Part shown: positions 1 to 10,325 of the stretch, in pieces | Position numbering within the stretch: position 1 is the stretch's first letter | Layout of the letters: each line of letters opens with the position of its first letter | Assembly (NCBI GenBank): GCA_013289085.1 | Contig: JABDAR010000001.1 | Location: 115,864 to 179,863, forward strand | Direction of reading: 5' to 3' | Length of the DNA stretch: 64,000 bases | DNA from: Gammaproteobacteria bacterium | GTDB taxonomy: Bacteria > Pseudomonadota > Gammaproteobacteria > JABCZS01 | Notes under the pieces: generated by a model | What the model saw: the letters and a program-made list of their open reading frames with translations, nothing else | Database searches by the model: none | Told to the model about the DNA's origin: nothing | Made by a program: the position numbers and the translations under genes

Positions 1-139
1 GGGAATGACTATAATTATTTTCATGGTGGCCTATTATAGCCTTAAGCTATGCGTAGGTCGAGCCGATAGATAACGTTGACAATGGCCTTAAACCGGTCAA
101 TAATTAGTCAGTAAGATAAACAATCCTTGGAGAACTATA

Positions 140-610
140 ATGGTAAAATTTATACAAATGTCTTTATTAAGTGGCTTATTAGTATTGCCTGCTGTGGGTG
201 TATTTGCTGCAGATACAACAACGCAAGCACATGCTGCAACAACAACAGCACCAAGCATGAGCATGATGGATGTGCTGAATCAATTGGATGCTGCAAACTA
301 CAATAAAATTAAAGAAGTGGAACTTGGTGCTAACGGCACATATAAAGTTGATGCAATTAACGCAAAAGGTCAAAAAGTTGAATTTGTAGTTGATCCTGCA
401 AAACCTGTGATTGAAAAACAAGCACAAGCCACAACATTTTTAACTGCAAAAGATGTTGCGAAAAAAGTAATGGATGCTGGCTATATGAATATTACTAAAA
501 TCAAATACGATGGCGGTAAATATGACGTGAAAGCCCAAGATAAACAAGGCAAAATGGTTAAAATGGATGTGAATGTGGTTACTGGTGAAATCACTAAAGA
601 CTGGTTTTAA
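140..610 (+). CDS. Secreted PepSY-domain protein
   Basis: N-terminal signal peptide (LLSGLLVLPAVGVFA). Two PepSY-like Lys-rich repeats. RBS GGAG 7 nt upstream of the ATG. Possible promoter TTGACA at 76-81. Confidence 0.55.
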   Translation: MVKFIQMSLLSGLLVLPAVGVFAADTTTQAHAATTTAPSMSMMDVLNQLDAANYNKIKEVELGANGTYKVDAINAKGQKVEFVVDPAKPVIEKQAQATTFLTAKDVAKKVMDAGYMNITKIKYDGGKYDVKAQDKQGKMVKMDVNVVTGEITKDWF

Positions 611-652
611 TACTGGTTTTAATGTTCAGAAAACTATCGCCCCGCACGCAGC

Positions 653-1270
653 CTAGCTGTAAATGCGGGGGTTAGTATATATTAATAATCCCGCGCTACC
701 CCAAATCAAGATTGCAGAAATACGATTAAACACATGATAAAAACGTGTATTAGCCCGTAATATTTTCCGACCCACATAGGCAAGGGTAAAAAACCAACAC
801 CAAGAGACTAAAATACACGCTAAGGTAAATACAACACGTTCGCTGCCTGTATACGTAAACGAAGTCACACCAATGACAGCCATTGTATCAATAAACGCTT
901 GTGGATTTAATAATGAAAAAGAAGCGGCGAGGGTGATTTGTTTTTTTACCGGCCAGACAGAAACGTGCTCCGCATGCGGATGGGCTAAAGGACTTTTCCA
1001 AATCGACCAACCTATATATAACAAAAATAAAATACCCATAATGACCATTGCATCTTTGATCATGGGAAATTCCAGTAAAAATATGGAGAGTCCCAATACG
1101 GCCAATAAAATTAACAGCGTGTCTGCAAGTGCTGCGGTGATGAGCGCGGGCAGGGCGTGACTAAAACGCGGATACATTGCGCCAATATTAAATAAAAAAA
1201 TGTTTTGTGGACCAAAAGGTAAAATAAGGGCGAATGCCAAAACTATGCCGTGAAAAAAGCTCATAAGCAT
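653..1270 (-). CDS. LysE/RhtB-family amino-acid exporter
   Basis: About 205 aa, six predicted TM helices. LysE-type N-terminus (ILPFGPQNIF...) and overall LysE/ArgO-like layout. Confidence 0.7.
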   Translation of the reverse strand: MLMSFFHGIVLAFALILPFGPQNIFLFNIGAMYPRFSHALPALITAALADTLLILLAVLGLSIFLLEFPMIKDAMVIMGILFLLYIGWSIWKSPLAHPHAEHVSVWPVKKQITLAASFSLLNPQAFIDTMAVIGVTSFTYTGSERVVFTLACILVSWCWFFTLAYVGRKILRANTRFYHVFNRISAILIWGSAGLLIYTNPRIYS

Positions 1271-1467
1271 GGCAGCCCCCTTAATGAAGAATGATTTTAA
1301 CTGTTATTACAATGATTAATATAAAAAAAAGTACTGCAATACAACCAAAAAAAACATACCAACGCCAATCGATATGTTTAAAATCTTTTTCAGCTTCTTT
1401 TTGACTGCGCACGCCTAAAATGGCCGCGAGTAAACTTTTTATGATTTGGAAAAATGCCATTATTTAC

Positions 1468-2184
1468 TCACTTATCTAATAATTTTAGCATGACTTCTCT
1501 AACATGCTGATTGAGTGTAACTTCATCAAAATTATCAGAAACAATAGGATCGCCCATATGAACTTCTATCGTTTGCCCAGGATTAAACGCCCAAGTTTTG
1601 GGAGGCAATAATTGTCGCGCGCCGCGAATGCCAACAGGGATAATGACCGCATTTGTTTCCTTTGCCAATTTAAAAATACCCTTTTTAAAAGTACCTAATT
1701 GACCATCACGTGAACGCGTCCCTTCAGGCGCAACCCAAATCACAATACCATCCAACATTTTTTCTTTGGCTTTTTGCAAATCATTGATCGCTCGTGCGCG
1801 ATTTTTACGATCAATAAAAATAAATTCACTGTGTTTTAAACTGGTACCAAAATAAGGAATATAAGATAATTCCTTTTTCGCAATCATCCGAATGCTACCT
1901 GGCAGCGTCGCAAGAATAATGGGAATATCATACAAACTCGCATGATTACTCATAATAATATAAGGCTGATGATTTTGATAAACCGGTTTTGTGCCCATGA
2001 TAAGTGGCGTCACATTAACAATACGCAATAAAGCCCGCGCCCAATGTTTGATAATCTCATCTGTTTTAACACGACTCGCACGCCCCCACAACTTGGCCCA
2101 CCAAAATGTAGTCAATGTCACTATAGTCTGGACCAGGGTCCGGAGCATGATGATGGGTGCGCTATAAATTAGATTATTCATCAA
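1468..2184 (-). CDS. plsC: 1-acyl-sn-glycerol-3-phosphate acyltransferase
   Basis: NHxSxxD-like motif (SNHASLYD) and PEGTRS motif. N-terminal TM helix. Length typical of PlsC. Confidence 0.75.
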   Translation of the reverse strand: MMNNLIYSAPIIMLRTLVQTIVTLTTFWWAKLWGRASRVKTDEIIKHWARALLRIVNVTPLIMGTKPVYQNHQPYIIMSNHASLYDIPIILATLPGSIRMIAKKELSYIPYFGTSLKHSEFIFIDRKNRARAINDLQKAKEKMLDGIVIWVAPEGTRSRDGQLGTFKKGIFKLAKETNAVIIPVGIRGARQLLPPKTWAFNPGQTIEVHMGDPIVSDNFDEVTLNQHVREVMLKLLDK

Positions 2185-2253
2185 AAATCACCGTTGACAA
2201 TAAAAGTAATTACAGTATATACTTTATACAAACTTAAATATACTTAAATTAGC

Positions 2254-2535
2254 ATGATAAACGATAAAGCGCCATCACGAGATGCCAAATTAATTTCCAT
2301 AGGAAATTCAAAAGGTATACGTATACCCAAAGTGTTATTACAAAAATACGGCATGGAAGATAATATTGTGTTGGAAGAGTCTGAGCAGGGAGTATTAATT
2401 TATGCAAAGGAACAAAAAAAATTGAGCTGGACTGAAACCTATAAACAAATTAAAGAATCTGATGAAAATTGGGATGATTTTGAAGTAACCTCTGCAGATG
2501 GCTTGGAGGCAGATGATGAATCCCAAAAGATATGA
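2254..2535 (+). CDS. MazE/AbrB-family antitoxin
   Basis: SpoVT/AbrB swapped-hairpin motif (ISIGNSKGIRIPKVLL). Acidic C-terminal tail. Overlaps the downstream toxin gene. Confidence 0.7.
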   Translation: MINDKAPSRDAKLISIGNSKGIRIPKVLLQKYGMEDNIVLEESEQGVLIYAKEQKKLSWTETYKQIKESDENWDDFEVTSADGLEADDESQKI

Positions 2536-2845
2536 TATTTATATCGCCGATTTAAATCCCACACAGGGTCGAGAATTAAATAAAAAACGTCCTGTTGTTG
2601 TCATCAGTCAAAATTCTATGAATTCTCTTCTCGACACTATTGTCGTATGTCCTTTAATTTCAAAAACGCATCCTTTATGGCGTAGCCGCATACAGGTTAC
2701 ATGCGCAGGCAGAAAGGCTGAAATTGTGGTTGATCAAATCAGAACCATTAGTAAAATTCGATTGCATAAAAAAATAGATTCTTTATCCGCCCAAAAAGCT
2801 GATGAATTACGTCATATTATTCATGAAATGTACGCAGCCGCGTAA
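2513..2845 (+). CDS. MazF/PemK-family endoribonuclease toxin
   Basis: PemK/MazF signature (RYDIYIADLNPTQGRE...KRPVVVISQN). The likely start is the MMNPK methionine, which overlaps the mazE 3' end. Confidence 0.75.
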   Translation: MMNPKRYDIYIADLNPTQGRELNKKRPVVVISQNSMNSLLDTIVVCPLISKTHPLWRSRIQVTCAGRKAEIVVDQIRTISKIRLHKKIDSLSAQKADELRHIIHEMYAAA

Positions 2846-2860
2846 TTTAAGGAGCAAGCC

Positions 2861-3874
2861 ATTAAACCATATTCACCGTTATTTGTTTCTATTGAACAAT
2901 CCCATTTAACATCAGCAGATAAAGATATGTTGCGCCATCCATTTATTGGGGGTGTGGTTATTTTTAGTAAAAATTTTATTTCGGGTGCGCAAATTAAAGA
3001 ATTGATTTTGGAAATAAAATCTTTGAAAGAACCTGCATTATTAGTGTGTGTGGATCATGAAGGTGGTCGTGTGCAACGGTTTAAAAAAGATTTTACCATT
3101 ATTCCGCCTATGCATAAATTAGGCGAGTTGTATGATCAAAAAACTGAGCTTGCTTTGGATTGTGCGAAAGCTTGCGGTTATATTATTGCTACGGAACTGG
3201 GGCGCGTGGGTGTTGATTTTAGTTTTACGCCGGTATTAGATTTGGATTATGGCCAAAGTAGTGTGATTGGCGATCGGAGTTTTCATCATGATCCTGAAAT
3301 TGTGAGCATGCTTGCTGGCAGTTTAATTGAAGGTTTGGCGCAAGCCGGCATGCAGGCGATTGGTAAACATTTTCCCGGACATGGGTTTGTGGTTAAAGAT
3401 TCGCATTTAGAATTGCCACAAGACCCACGGGATTTAAGTGAGATTGTACAAAAAGATTTATTGCCGTTTGAAGATTTGCATTCGCAATTAGCCGGCATGA
3501 TGACGGCGCATGTGTTATATCAAAATATCGCGCCAGAAATTGCGACCTTTTCATCCTTTTGGTTAAAACAAGTATTGCGCGAGCAAATGGGTTATCAAGG
3601 TTTAATATTTAGCGATGATTTATTAATGAAAGCAACTGATGCTTCAGGCAATATGGCTACGCGTGCTAATAAAGCTTTAGATGCAGGTTGTGATGTATTA
3701 TTACTGTGTAATAATGATGCGGCTGTTTTGGAATTATTAGCTGATAAATCAGTGACGGATCGCAAAGCTGATTTAGATTATTCACAATTGTATTACCAGC
3801 CCATTGCTCAAAAGCATATTTACAATGACGCGATTGATTTATTAAATAAGCAAGGACTAATCAATCATGACTAA
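2861..3874 (+). CDS. nagZ: Beta-N-acetylhexosaminidase NagZ (GH3)
   Basis: GH3 NagZ motifs ([17 protein letters not shown]). The conserved N-terminal region ([12 protein letters not shown]...) lies upstream of the first ATG at 2927. The in-frame region 2846-2926 has no ATG, GTG or TTG, but has ATT at 2861 six nt after a perfect AAGGAG. Start is therefore uncertain, 2861 or 2927. Confidence 0.8.
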   Translation: MKPYSPLFVSIEQSHLTSADKDMLRHPFIGGVVIFSKNFISGAQIKELILEIKSLKEPALLVCVDHEGGRVQRFKKDFTIIPPMHKLGELYDQKTELALDCAKACGYIIATELGRVGVDFSFTPVLDLDYGQSSVIGDRSFHHDPEIVSMLAGSLIEGLAQAGMQAIGKHFPGHGFVVKDSHLELPQDPRDLSEIVQKDLLPFEDLHSQLAGMMTAHVLYQNIAPEIATFSSFWLKQVLREQMGYQGLIFSDDLLMKATDASGNMATRANKALDAGCDVLLLCNNDAAVLELLADKSVTDRKADLDYSQLYYQPIAQKHIYNDAIDLLNKQGLINHD

Positions 3875-4544
3875 AACCGCAGTGGTATTATTATCCGGCG
3901 GTCTTGATTCTACAACGACTTTAGCGATTGCACAATCGCAAGATTATATTTGTCATGCGCTGTCATTTGATTATGGGCAACGCCATCAAGCAGAATTAAA
4001 TGCTGCAAAAAATATTGCCAAAATAATGAATGTTGCGAGTCATCAAGTATTTAACATCGCAATTAATCAATTCGGCGGTAGTGCATTAACGGATAAAAGT
4101 CAGGCTATTCCAGAATATCAAAGTGGGGCAGCGCATATTCCATCGACATATGTGCCAGCACGGAATACTATATTTTTAAGTATCGCATTAGGATTTGCAG
4201 AAACATTGCATGCAAATGCGATTTTTATCGGCGCAAGCAGCGTAGATTATTCCGGTTATCCGGATTGTCGGCCGGAATATTTTGCTGCATTTAATCATTT
4301 AGCAAAACTTGCGACAAAAGAAGGTGTTGAAGGTCATCCTATTCACATTGAAACACCGTTAATGAATTTAACAAAAGCACAAACGTTGCAAAAAGGCTTG
4401 TCCTTAGGGGTGGATTATAGTTTAACCGTTTCATGTTATCAGGCGACTGATGAAGGTTTAGCCTGCGGGCGTTGTGATAGTTGTATGCTGCGTAAAAAAG
4501 GTTTTATAGACGCAGGGATCGATGATGTTACGCGGTATGTGTAG
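3867..4544 (+). CDS. queC: 7-cyano-7-deazaguanine synthase QueC
   Basis: PP-loop SGGLDS. C-terminal Zn-binding cluster CxxC...CGRCDSC. Confidence 0.85.
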   Translation: MTKTAVVLLSGGLDSTTTLAIAQSQDYICHALSFDYGQRHQAELNAAKNIAKIMNVASHQVFNIAINQFGGSALTDKSQAIPEYQSGAAHIPSTYVPARNTIFLSIALGFAETLHANAIFIGASSVDYSGYPDCRPEYFAAFNHLAKLATKEGVEGHPIHIETPLMNLTKAQTLQKGLSLGVDYSLTVSCYQATDEGLACGRCDSCMLRKKGFIDAGIDDVTRYV

Positions 4545-4606
4545 TTTTTTCCATTTTTCCCTACGTGCCGCGAACAAGTCGCGGTACGGAAAGAAATGGT
4601 GGAATA

Positions 4607-4924
4607 TTAGCCGCCGTTTTGGATGCTAAATGCGTTAGTTTGAAAATTAATTAGCGGGGTTTGTATGCCGTCATCATCCATTGAGCGAGAGTAGTTATGA
4701 TGATTATAAGTAGGCTTCTTAGTGGTACAGCACTTATCCATTGCATTACAAGTGTAATCAAGAGTTGTACCCGTAATATAACCGGCTATTCCACCTGCTC
4801 CAAAGCCTAATAAACCGCAGCCGAGGCCAATACACCCAAACTCTTTACATCCTAACACGAGCGCTGCAATCCCGACTGACGCTGCCCCAGTCCCAGTACA
4901 GAATGCATCAAATTTTGGTTTCAT
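4607..4924 (-). CDS. Hypothetical Gly/Cys-rich small membrane protein (glycine-zipper-like)
   Basis: GxxxG-rich TM segments with many Cys residues. Distantly similar in architecture to the ORF at 48027-48515. Confidence 0.4.
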   Translation of the reverse strand: MKPKFDAFCTGTGAASVGIAALVLGCKEFGCIGLGCGLLGFGAGGIAGYITGTTLDYTCNAMDKCCTTKKPTYNHHNYSRSMDDDGIQTPLINFQTNAFSIQNGG

Positions 4925-4992
4925 TTCATTTTTCCTGTTAATTGTTGATTTATCATGATAACATACAACCCAAAGATTGGAAACAAGAATAA

Positions 4993-7900
4993 CTAATTTT
5001 TCATTAGATGATTTAGCAAAAGCTGCACAAAATCAATTCTATCTTGATCTTCAGGTAAGTCTTTGATAACTTTTAGCTTTTCAGCACCTTCAAGTTTATA
5101 TACCTTAGCTTCACTTTGGATCAGTTTAATAATCTTTGTAGGGTCGATATTTACTTTTTTAGCAAACTCTATTTTTCCGCCTTTTTTATTGAGATCTATT
5201 TTACTGATACCCATGGGATAAGCGTGTAATTTTAGCAAAGTAATGGCAAATAAGTTTTTCACGGCTTGTGGTAATAAACCAAATCTGTCGATTAATTCCA
5301 CTTGTAGTTCTTTTAAGCTGGTTTCATTGTCGGCATTGCTAATACGTTTATAAAATACTAAGCGACCATGCACATCTGGCATATAACTCTCGGGAATAAG
5401 CGCAGGTAGTTGTAGATTAATTTCAGTCACAGTATCACGTGTTAATAATAAATCTTCAAAGGTTTCACCATTTTTAAGAGACGTCACGGCGCGCTCTAAT
5501 AATTCCATATACAATGAAAAACCTATCGCTTGCAAATGGCCGCTTTGCTCTTCCCCTAAAAATTCTCCAGCGCCGCGAATTTCTAAATCATGAGTTGCAA
5601 GCGTAAAACCCATACCTAACTCTTCTACTGCGGCAATCGCATCTAAACGCTTTTGCGCATCAGCTGTCATTAGTTTTTTATCAGGCGTGAATAAATACGC
5701 ATATGCTTGGTGATGCGATCTGCCGACACGGCCACGCAATTGATGTAATTGCGCAAGTCCTAATTTATCCGCTCTATCAATAATCATAGTGTTTGCAGTC
5801 GGAATATCTATCCCAGTTTCAATAATGGTTGTACATACTAAAACATTAAAACGTTGATGATAAAAATCAGCAATAATTTTTTCTAAATTACGTTCACGCA
5901 TTTGTCCGTGGGCAAATTGAATATTTGCTTCTGGAATCAATTCAATTAAATGCTGCGCAGTTTTTTCTATGGTGTCAATATTATTATGTAAATAATACAC
6001 TTGCCCGCCGCGCATGATTTCGCGCAAAATGGCTTCACGGATGACATCATCATTTTGTAATGATACAAAAGTTTTAATGGCTAAGCGTTTTTTAGGTGGC
6101 GTTGCAATAATCGATAAATCACGAATGCCATGCATAGCCATATTGAGCGTACGCGGAATAGGCGTTGCCGTTAACGCTAAAATATCGACTTCAGCGCGCA
6201 GGGTTTTTAGTTTATCTTTTTGCTTTACTCCAAAGCGATGTTCTTCATCTAAAATCAATAAACCTAAATTTTTGAACTTTACATTTTGACTTAACAATGC
6301 GTGAGTGCCAATAATAATATCAACCTTACCTTCTGCAAGTGCAATTAAATCTTTTTCTTTTTCATTTTTGCTGCGAAAGCGTGATAATAAGGCAATACGT
6401 ACTGGCCAATCGGCAAAACGATCACAAAACGTATCATAATGTTGTTGTGATAATAAAGTCGTGGGGACGAGCACTGCTACTTGCCGATTACTATGTACTG
6501 CAATAAATGCAGCGCGCAGGGCGACTTCAGTTTTACCAAAGCCCACATCACCACAAATTAATCTATCCATAGGACGCGGCGCCATCATGTCTTTAATAAC
6601 AGCTTGAATGGCTTGAGTTTGATCAGGCGTTTCTTCAAATAAAAAACTGCTGGCAAACGTAACATATTGATTATCAGGTTCTGGATAGGCAAATCCTTGG
6701 CGTGCTTCACGTTTTGCATAAATATCCAGTAATTCCGCAGCCACATCTTTTATTTTCTCAGCTGCTTTTTGTTTAGCACGCTGCCAAGTTTGCGTGCCTA
6801 ATTTATTAAGTTCGGCATGGGTATCATCACTGCCACTGTAACGACTAATGAGATGGAGCGAATATACAGGCACATAAAGTTTATCGCCGCCTTGATATTC
6901 AAGGCTTAAAAATTCGGCATCATAATCGCCGACTTTAATGGTTTGTAAACCAAGATACCGGCCAATGCCATGATCAATATGGACTACAAATGATCCTATG
7001 GTGAGCTCCGCTAAACTTTTAACCATGGTATCACTGTCAGGACTGCGTTTTTTCTGACGTTGCGCAACTACAGGTTGCCCAAAAATTTCAGTCTCAGTAA
7101 TAATAATCAGTTTACGCTCAGGTAAAATAATCCCATTGATAAGCGGCGCTATTTCAATATTAACTGGAATTTTTAAGGGGGCTAATAAGCTTAATAAAGC
7201 TTCTCTACGACCCGCAGATTCTACATAAAATATTATTTTATAATCGGTTACTTCTTCTAAAAAATGTTGTAGCGGTAATAAGGGATTAGCAAGCTTGGTA
7301 TTAATACGGATATCCGGCAACGTTTTATATTCGATAGTTGGCACACGTAATTTTTCAAAGCGTTTTAATTGCTCAAATACTTGCTCAGGCTTTAAAAATA
7401 AACCTTCAGGCTTTAATAATGGTCTTGAAATATCATGACCATATTGCTCATAGCGTTTATTGACTTGTTTATAAAATTCAATTAAATCTTGCTGAATATT
7501 ACCAATTGTCACGACTTGTGTATTATGAGGTAAATAATCGGGTAAATAATTTATTTTTTCAAAAAATAACGGTAAATAATATTCAATGCCTGCAGGTACA
7601 CTGCCTTTGCTGATACCTTGATAAATAGCGCTTGCGCTAGGATCTCCTGTAAATGCATCGCGAAAGCTTTCTCGAAAGCGAGTCACGCTGTCTTTATCTA
7701 GCGAAAACTCACGCGCAGGTAATAATTCAATGCGGTCTATTTTTTCATGTGAGCGTTGCGTTTGCGGATCGAAAATGCGAATGGACTCTACTTCATTATC
7801 TAATAAATCGATGCGATAGGGAAAGGGATTCCCCATCGGGAAAATATCAATGATTGAACCGCGAATACTAAATTCGCCATGTGAAAATACTTCAGAAACG

Positions 7901-8292
7901 GGGTAATAGCCGCTTAGAGTTAATTGCTCGCGCAGGCTATTGATATTGAGTTCGTCTTTACAATCTAAAACAAAACTGTTTTTTTGCAAATGTGATTTTG
8001 GACATAAAGGATATGATAAAGTAGGCGCGGCTACTATTAACGCACCGGTTGTTAACTGCGGTAATTTTGCTAATAATTTTAAGCGCGTAGAAATAATATC
8101 TTCATGCGGCGAGAAATGATCATAGGGCAATGTTTCCCAATTAGGGAAAGTATAAATCGGCATGGAAGGATTTAAAAATTTGAGCGTAGTCTGAAGTTCA
8201 TCAGCCGTTTGAGTATTGGGCGCAGCAATAAGCAACAAACCTGTTTGTTGTTGCAATAATTCATGAAGTGCCAGCGCCAATAATGTTGACAT
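4993..8292 (-). CDS. mfd: Transcription-repair coupling factor Mfd
   Basis: UvrB-like N-terminus, RNAP-interacting domain, superfamily-2 helicase motifs (GDVGFGKTEVA, DEEHRFG) and TRG motif. 1099 aa. Confidence 0.9.
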   Translation of the reverse strand: MSTLLALALHELLQQQTGLLLIAAPNTQTADELQTTLKFLNPSMPIYTFPNWETLPYDHFSPHEDIISTRLKLLAKLPQLTTGALIVAAPTLSYPLCPKSHLQKNSFVLDCKDELNINSLREQLTLSGYYPVSEVFSHGEFSIRGSIIDIFPMGNPFPYRIDLLDNEVESIRIFDPQTQRSHEKIDRIELLPAREFSLDKDSVTRFRESFRDAFTGDPSASAIYQGISKGSVPAGIEYYLPLFFEKINYLPDYLPHNTQVVTIGNIQQDLIEFYKQVNKRYEQYGHDISRPLLKPEGLFLKPEQVFEQLKRFEKLRVPTIEYKTLPDIRINTKLANPLLPLQHFLEEVTDYKIIFYVESAGRREALLSLLAPLKIPVNIEIAPLINGIILPERKLIIITETEIFGQPVVAQRQKKRSPDSDTMVKSLAELTIGSFVVHIDHGIGRYLGLQTIKVGDYDAEFLSLEYQGGDKLYVPVYSLHLISRYSGSDDTHAELNKLGTQTWQRAKQKAAEKIKDVAAELLDIYAKREARQGFAYPEPDNQYVTFASSFLFEETPDQTQAIQAVIKDMMAPRPMDRLICGDVGFGKTEVALRAAFIAVHSNRQVAVLVPTTLLSQQHYDTFCDRFADWPVRIALLSRFRSKNEKEKDLIALAEGKVDIIIGTHALLSQNVKFKNLGLLILDEEHRFGVKQKDKLKTLRAEVDILALTATPIPRTLNMAMHGIRDLSIIATPPKKRLAIKTFVSLQNDDVIREAILREIMRGGQVYYLHNNIDTIEKTAQHLIELIPEANIQFAHGQMRERNLEKIIADFYHQRFNVLVCTTIIETGIDIPTANTMIIDRADKLGLAQLHQLRGRVGRSHHQAYAYLFTPDKKLMTADAQKRLDAIAAVEELGMGFTLATHDLEIRGAGEFLGEEQSGHLQAIGFSLYMELLERAVTSLKNGETFEDLLLTRDTVTEINLQLPALIPESYMPDVHGRLVFYKRISNADNETSLKELQVELIDRFGLLPQAVKNLFAITLLKLHAYPMGISKIDLNKKGGKIEFAKKVNIDPTKIIKLIQSEAKVYKLEGAEKLKVIKDLPEDQDRIDFVQLLLNHLMKN

Positions 8293-9170
8293 TATAGATA
8301 CCGCTGTAAAATTCCTTCATAGGCATCAATACGTCTATCACGTAAAAATGGCCAGAATTGGCGGATCTGTTCGGTTTCTTTAAAATCAATTTCTGCTGTT
8401 AATGTTTCTACAGTATCGCCCGCTTGTTTAATTATTTCACCTTGCGGACCTGCAATAAAACTATGTCCCCAGAATTGCGTGCCTTCCAGCAAACCATTCG
8501 GATCTTTTTCATAGCCTACACGATTAATCACCAATACCGGTAAGGCATTAGCAATGGCATGTGAACGTTGTATCGTTTGCCAAGCATCTCTGTCTTTTAC
8601 AAAACCACTTTTTGAATCTTTATGATAACCAATCGCCGTAGGATATATTAAAATATCAGCACCTTTTAAAGCCATAATTCTCGCAGCTTCTGGATACCAC
8701 TGATCCCAGCACACTAATACGCCTAGTTTACCTATAGAAGTTTGAATGGGATTAAAGCCTAAATCGCCAGGGGTAAAATAATATTTTTCATAAAATCCGG
8801 GATCATCAGGAATATGCATTTTGCGGTACATCCCTGCAATTGAACCATCTTTTTCAAGTACAACCGCGGTATTATGATAAAGTCCAGGTGCACGTTTTTC
8901 AAAAATAGAACACACAATCACAATCTGTAATTTTTTTGCAAGCATTCCCAATGCATCGGTAGTTGGACCAGGAATAGTTTCTGCATGTTGATAATGTTCA
9001 AAATTTTCAGTAATCGGAAAGTAGGGTCCCATATGTAATTCTGGCAAGCAAACCAATTGCGCGCCTTGAGAAGCTGCCTTTTCGATTTCCGCTAAAAACA
9101 AGTTTAAGTTCTTAGTTTTATCCAAATCAATGGCTTGTTGCAATAAGGCAACGGATAGTGTTTGGGTCAT
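8292..9170 (-). CDS. aguB: N-carbamoylputrescine amidase (CN-hydrolase)
   Basis: Carbon-nitrogen hydrolase fold with catalytic E-K-C (CWDQWYPE). Sits directly upstream of the agmatine deiminase gene. Confidence 0.8.
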   Translation of the reverse strand: MTQTLSVALLQQAIDLDKTKNLNLFLAEIEKAASQGAQLVCLPELHMGPYFPITENFEHYQHAETIPGPTTDALGMLAKKLQIVIVCSIFEKRAPGLYHNTAVVLEKDGSIAGMYRKMHIPDDPGFYEKYYFTPGDLGFNPIQTSIGKLGVLVCWDQWYPEAARIMALKGADILIYPTAIGYHKDSKSGFVKDRDAWQTIQRSHAIANALPVLVINRVGYEKDPNGLLEGTQFWGHSFIAGPQGEIIKQAGDTVETLTAEIDFKETEQIRQFWPFLRDRRIDAYEGILQRYL

Positions 9171-9178
9171 TTTATTAC

Positions 9179-10186
9179 CTATAAAGTGGCTGGAATCTGC
9201 ATGCTGGCGCAGTGTAAAGCGCCATTATATTGTATTAACGCAAGGCTGGGAATAGGGATGATCTGATGGTTTGGGAACGCTGCGGTCAGCTGTTCTAGTA
9301 TCCTAGCATCATTATCATCCTCATAAGTAGGCACCAAAACCGCATTATTAATAATTAAGAAATTGGCATAAGAAGCGGGTAGTCTGCGGCCATCCATATC
9401 TAATTTAGCGGCAGGTATGGGCAGTGGAATGAGTTTATAAGCCTGGCCTGCCAAATCTGTTAAGGTTTGTAGCTGCGCTTCCATGGCTTTTAAAGAGTCA
9501 TAATGCGGGTCTTTGGGGTCTTCACAACTACTATAAGCCAATGTATGCGGGTCGCAAAACCTCACCAAAGTATCTATATGACCATCAGTGTCATCGCCCA
9601 ATAAAAGCCCGTGTTCAATCATAATCACGCGCTCAACATTAAGACTCGCACGAATATCTTCAAGGCTTAAATCAGCATTCCGCGTTTTTGTTAACACACA
9701 AGGCGTCACCAATACAGTCCCAAGGCCATCAGTTTCAATCGCGCCGCCTTCGAGAATAAAGTCTTGTCTTGCATATTCATCAATATTTAACAGCTTGGCA
9801 TCATATAATTGCCGGGTGACTTTATCATCCAAATCACCTGCATATTTGCCACCCCAGGCATTAAAGCCAAAATCCAGCCATTTAATTTTGCCATCTTGAA
9901 CAAGACTAATGGGACCATAATCCCGAATCCATAAATCATTAAATTCAGCATGCAGAAAACGCAATTGATGAGCATGTTCTGTACCCATTAACTGTTCAAT
10001 ATACTGTTGCTTCTGCAGATTACGACACACCATAATCACATCTTGATAAGCTAAAACCGCACGCGCAAATTGGACATACAGCGGTTCAATATCCGCAAGC
10101 GTATCCACCCAAATCGTATGTTCATCGGGAAAAGTTAACAATAAGGCTTGTTGTTTATGCCATTCAGCTGGGAGTGTATATTTCAT
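9179..10186 (-). CDS. aguA: Agmatine deiminase
   Basis: Porphyromonas-type peptidylarginine/agmatine deiminase fold. Conserved C-terminal catalytic Cys (GALHCASMQIP). Confidence 0.8.
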   Translation of the reverse strand: MKYTLPAEWHKQQALLLTFPDEHTIWVDTLADIEPLYVQFARAVLAYQDVIMVCRNLQKQQYIEQLMGTEHAHQLRFLHAEFNDLWIRDYGPISLVQDGKIKWLDFGFNAWGGKYAGDLDDKVTRQLYDAKLLNIDEYARQDFILEGGAIETDGLGTVLVTPCVLTKTRNADLSLEDIRASLNVERVIMIEHGLLLGDDTDGHIDTLVRFCDPHTLAYSSCEDPKDPHYDSLKAMEAQLQTLTDLAGQAYKLIPLPIPAAKLDMDGRRLPASYANFLIINNAVLVPTYEDDNDARILEQLTAAFPNHQIIPIPSLALIQYNGALHCASMQIPATL

Positions 10187-10325
10187 GGGCCAACGTTAAG
10201 GGATGTGAGGGAATTTGTCAATATATACATTAATGATATAATAAAATTAAATATTGCGCATCAAAGATTCGATATGATATTATTATTGAGAATTATTTAC
10301 CCAAGCTGAAGAAAATAAACTTATC

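Noticed and set aside
873-1160. Plus-strand 95-aa ORF. Numerous other short ORFs from the six-frame track are of the same kind: 179-427, 3286-3498, 6014-6289, 7653-7853, 9588-9975, 15549-15785, 16289-16483, 19320-20120, 23743-26349, 28465-28781, 29536-29763, 31629-31871, 33032-33298, 35578-35787, 36007-36231, 37571-41284, 44115-44491, 45111-45374, 46097-46294, 47105-47428, 47975-48406, 48630-49287, 50140-50337, 52264-52701, 53191-54105, 55050-56188, 57394-57642, 60051-60603, 61636-61827 and 63359-63771.
   Set aside because: All are antisense to, or embedded within, well-supported longer genes and have low-complexity translations with no motifs. They are frame shadows.
1310-1468. Short minus-strand ORF (about 52 aa, MAFFQIIKSLLAAILGVRSQKEAEKDFKHIDWRW...) between the lysE-like gene and plsC.
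   Set aside because: Below the ORF-track threshold and with no recognisable motif. It could be a small membrane protein, but there is not enough evidence to call it.
4568-4590. Hairpin ccgcgaacaagtcgcgg downstream of queC and of the convergent Gly/Cys-rich gene, considered as a terminator.
   Set aside because: The stem is short and no T-run follows on either strand. It is kept only as a possible weak structure.
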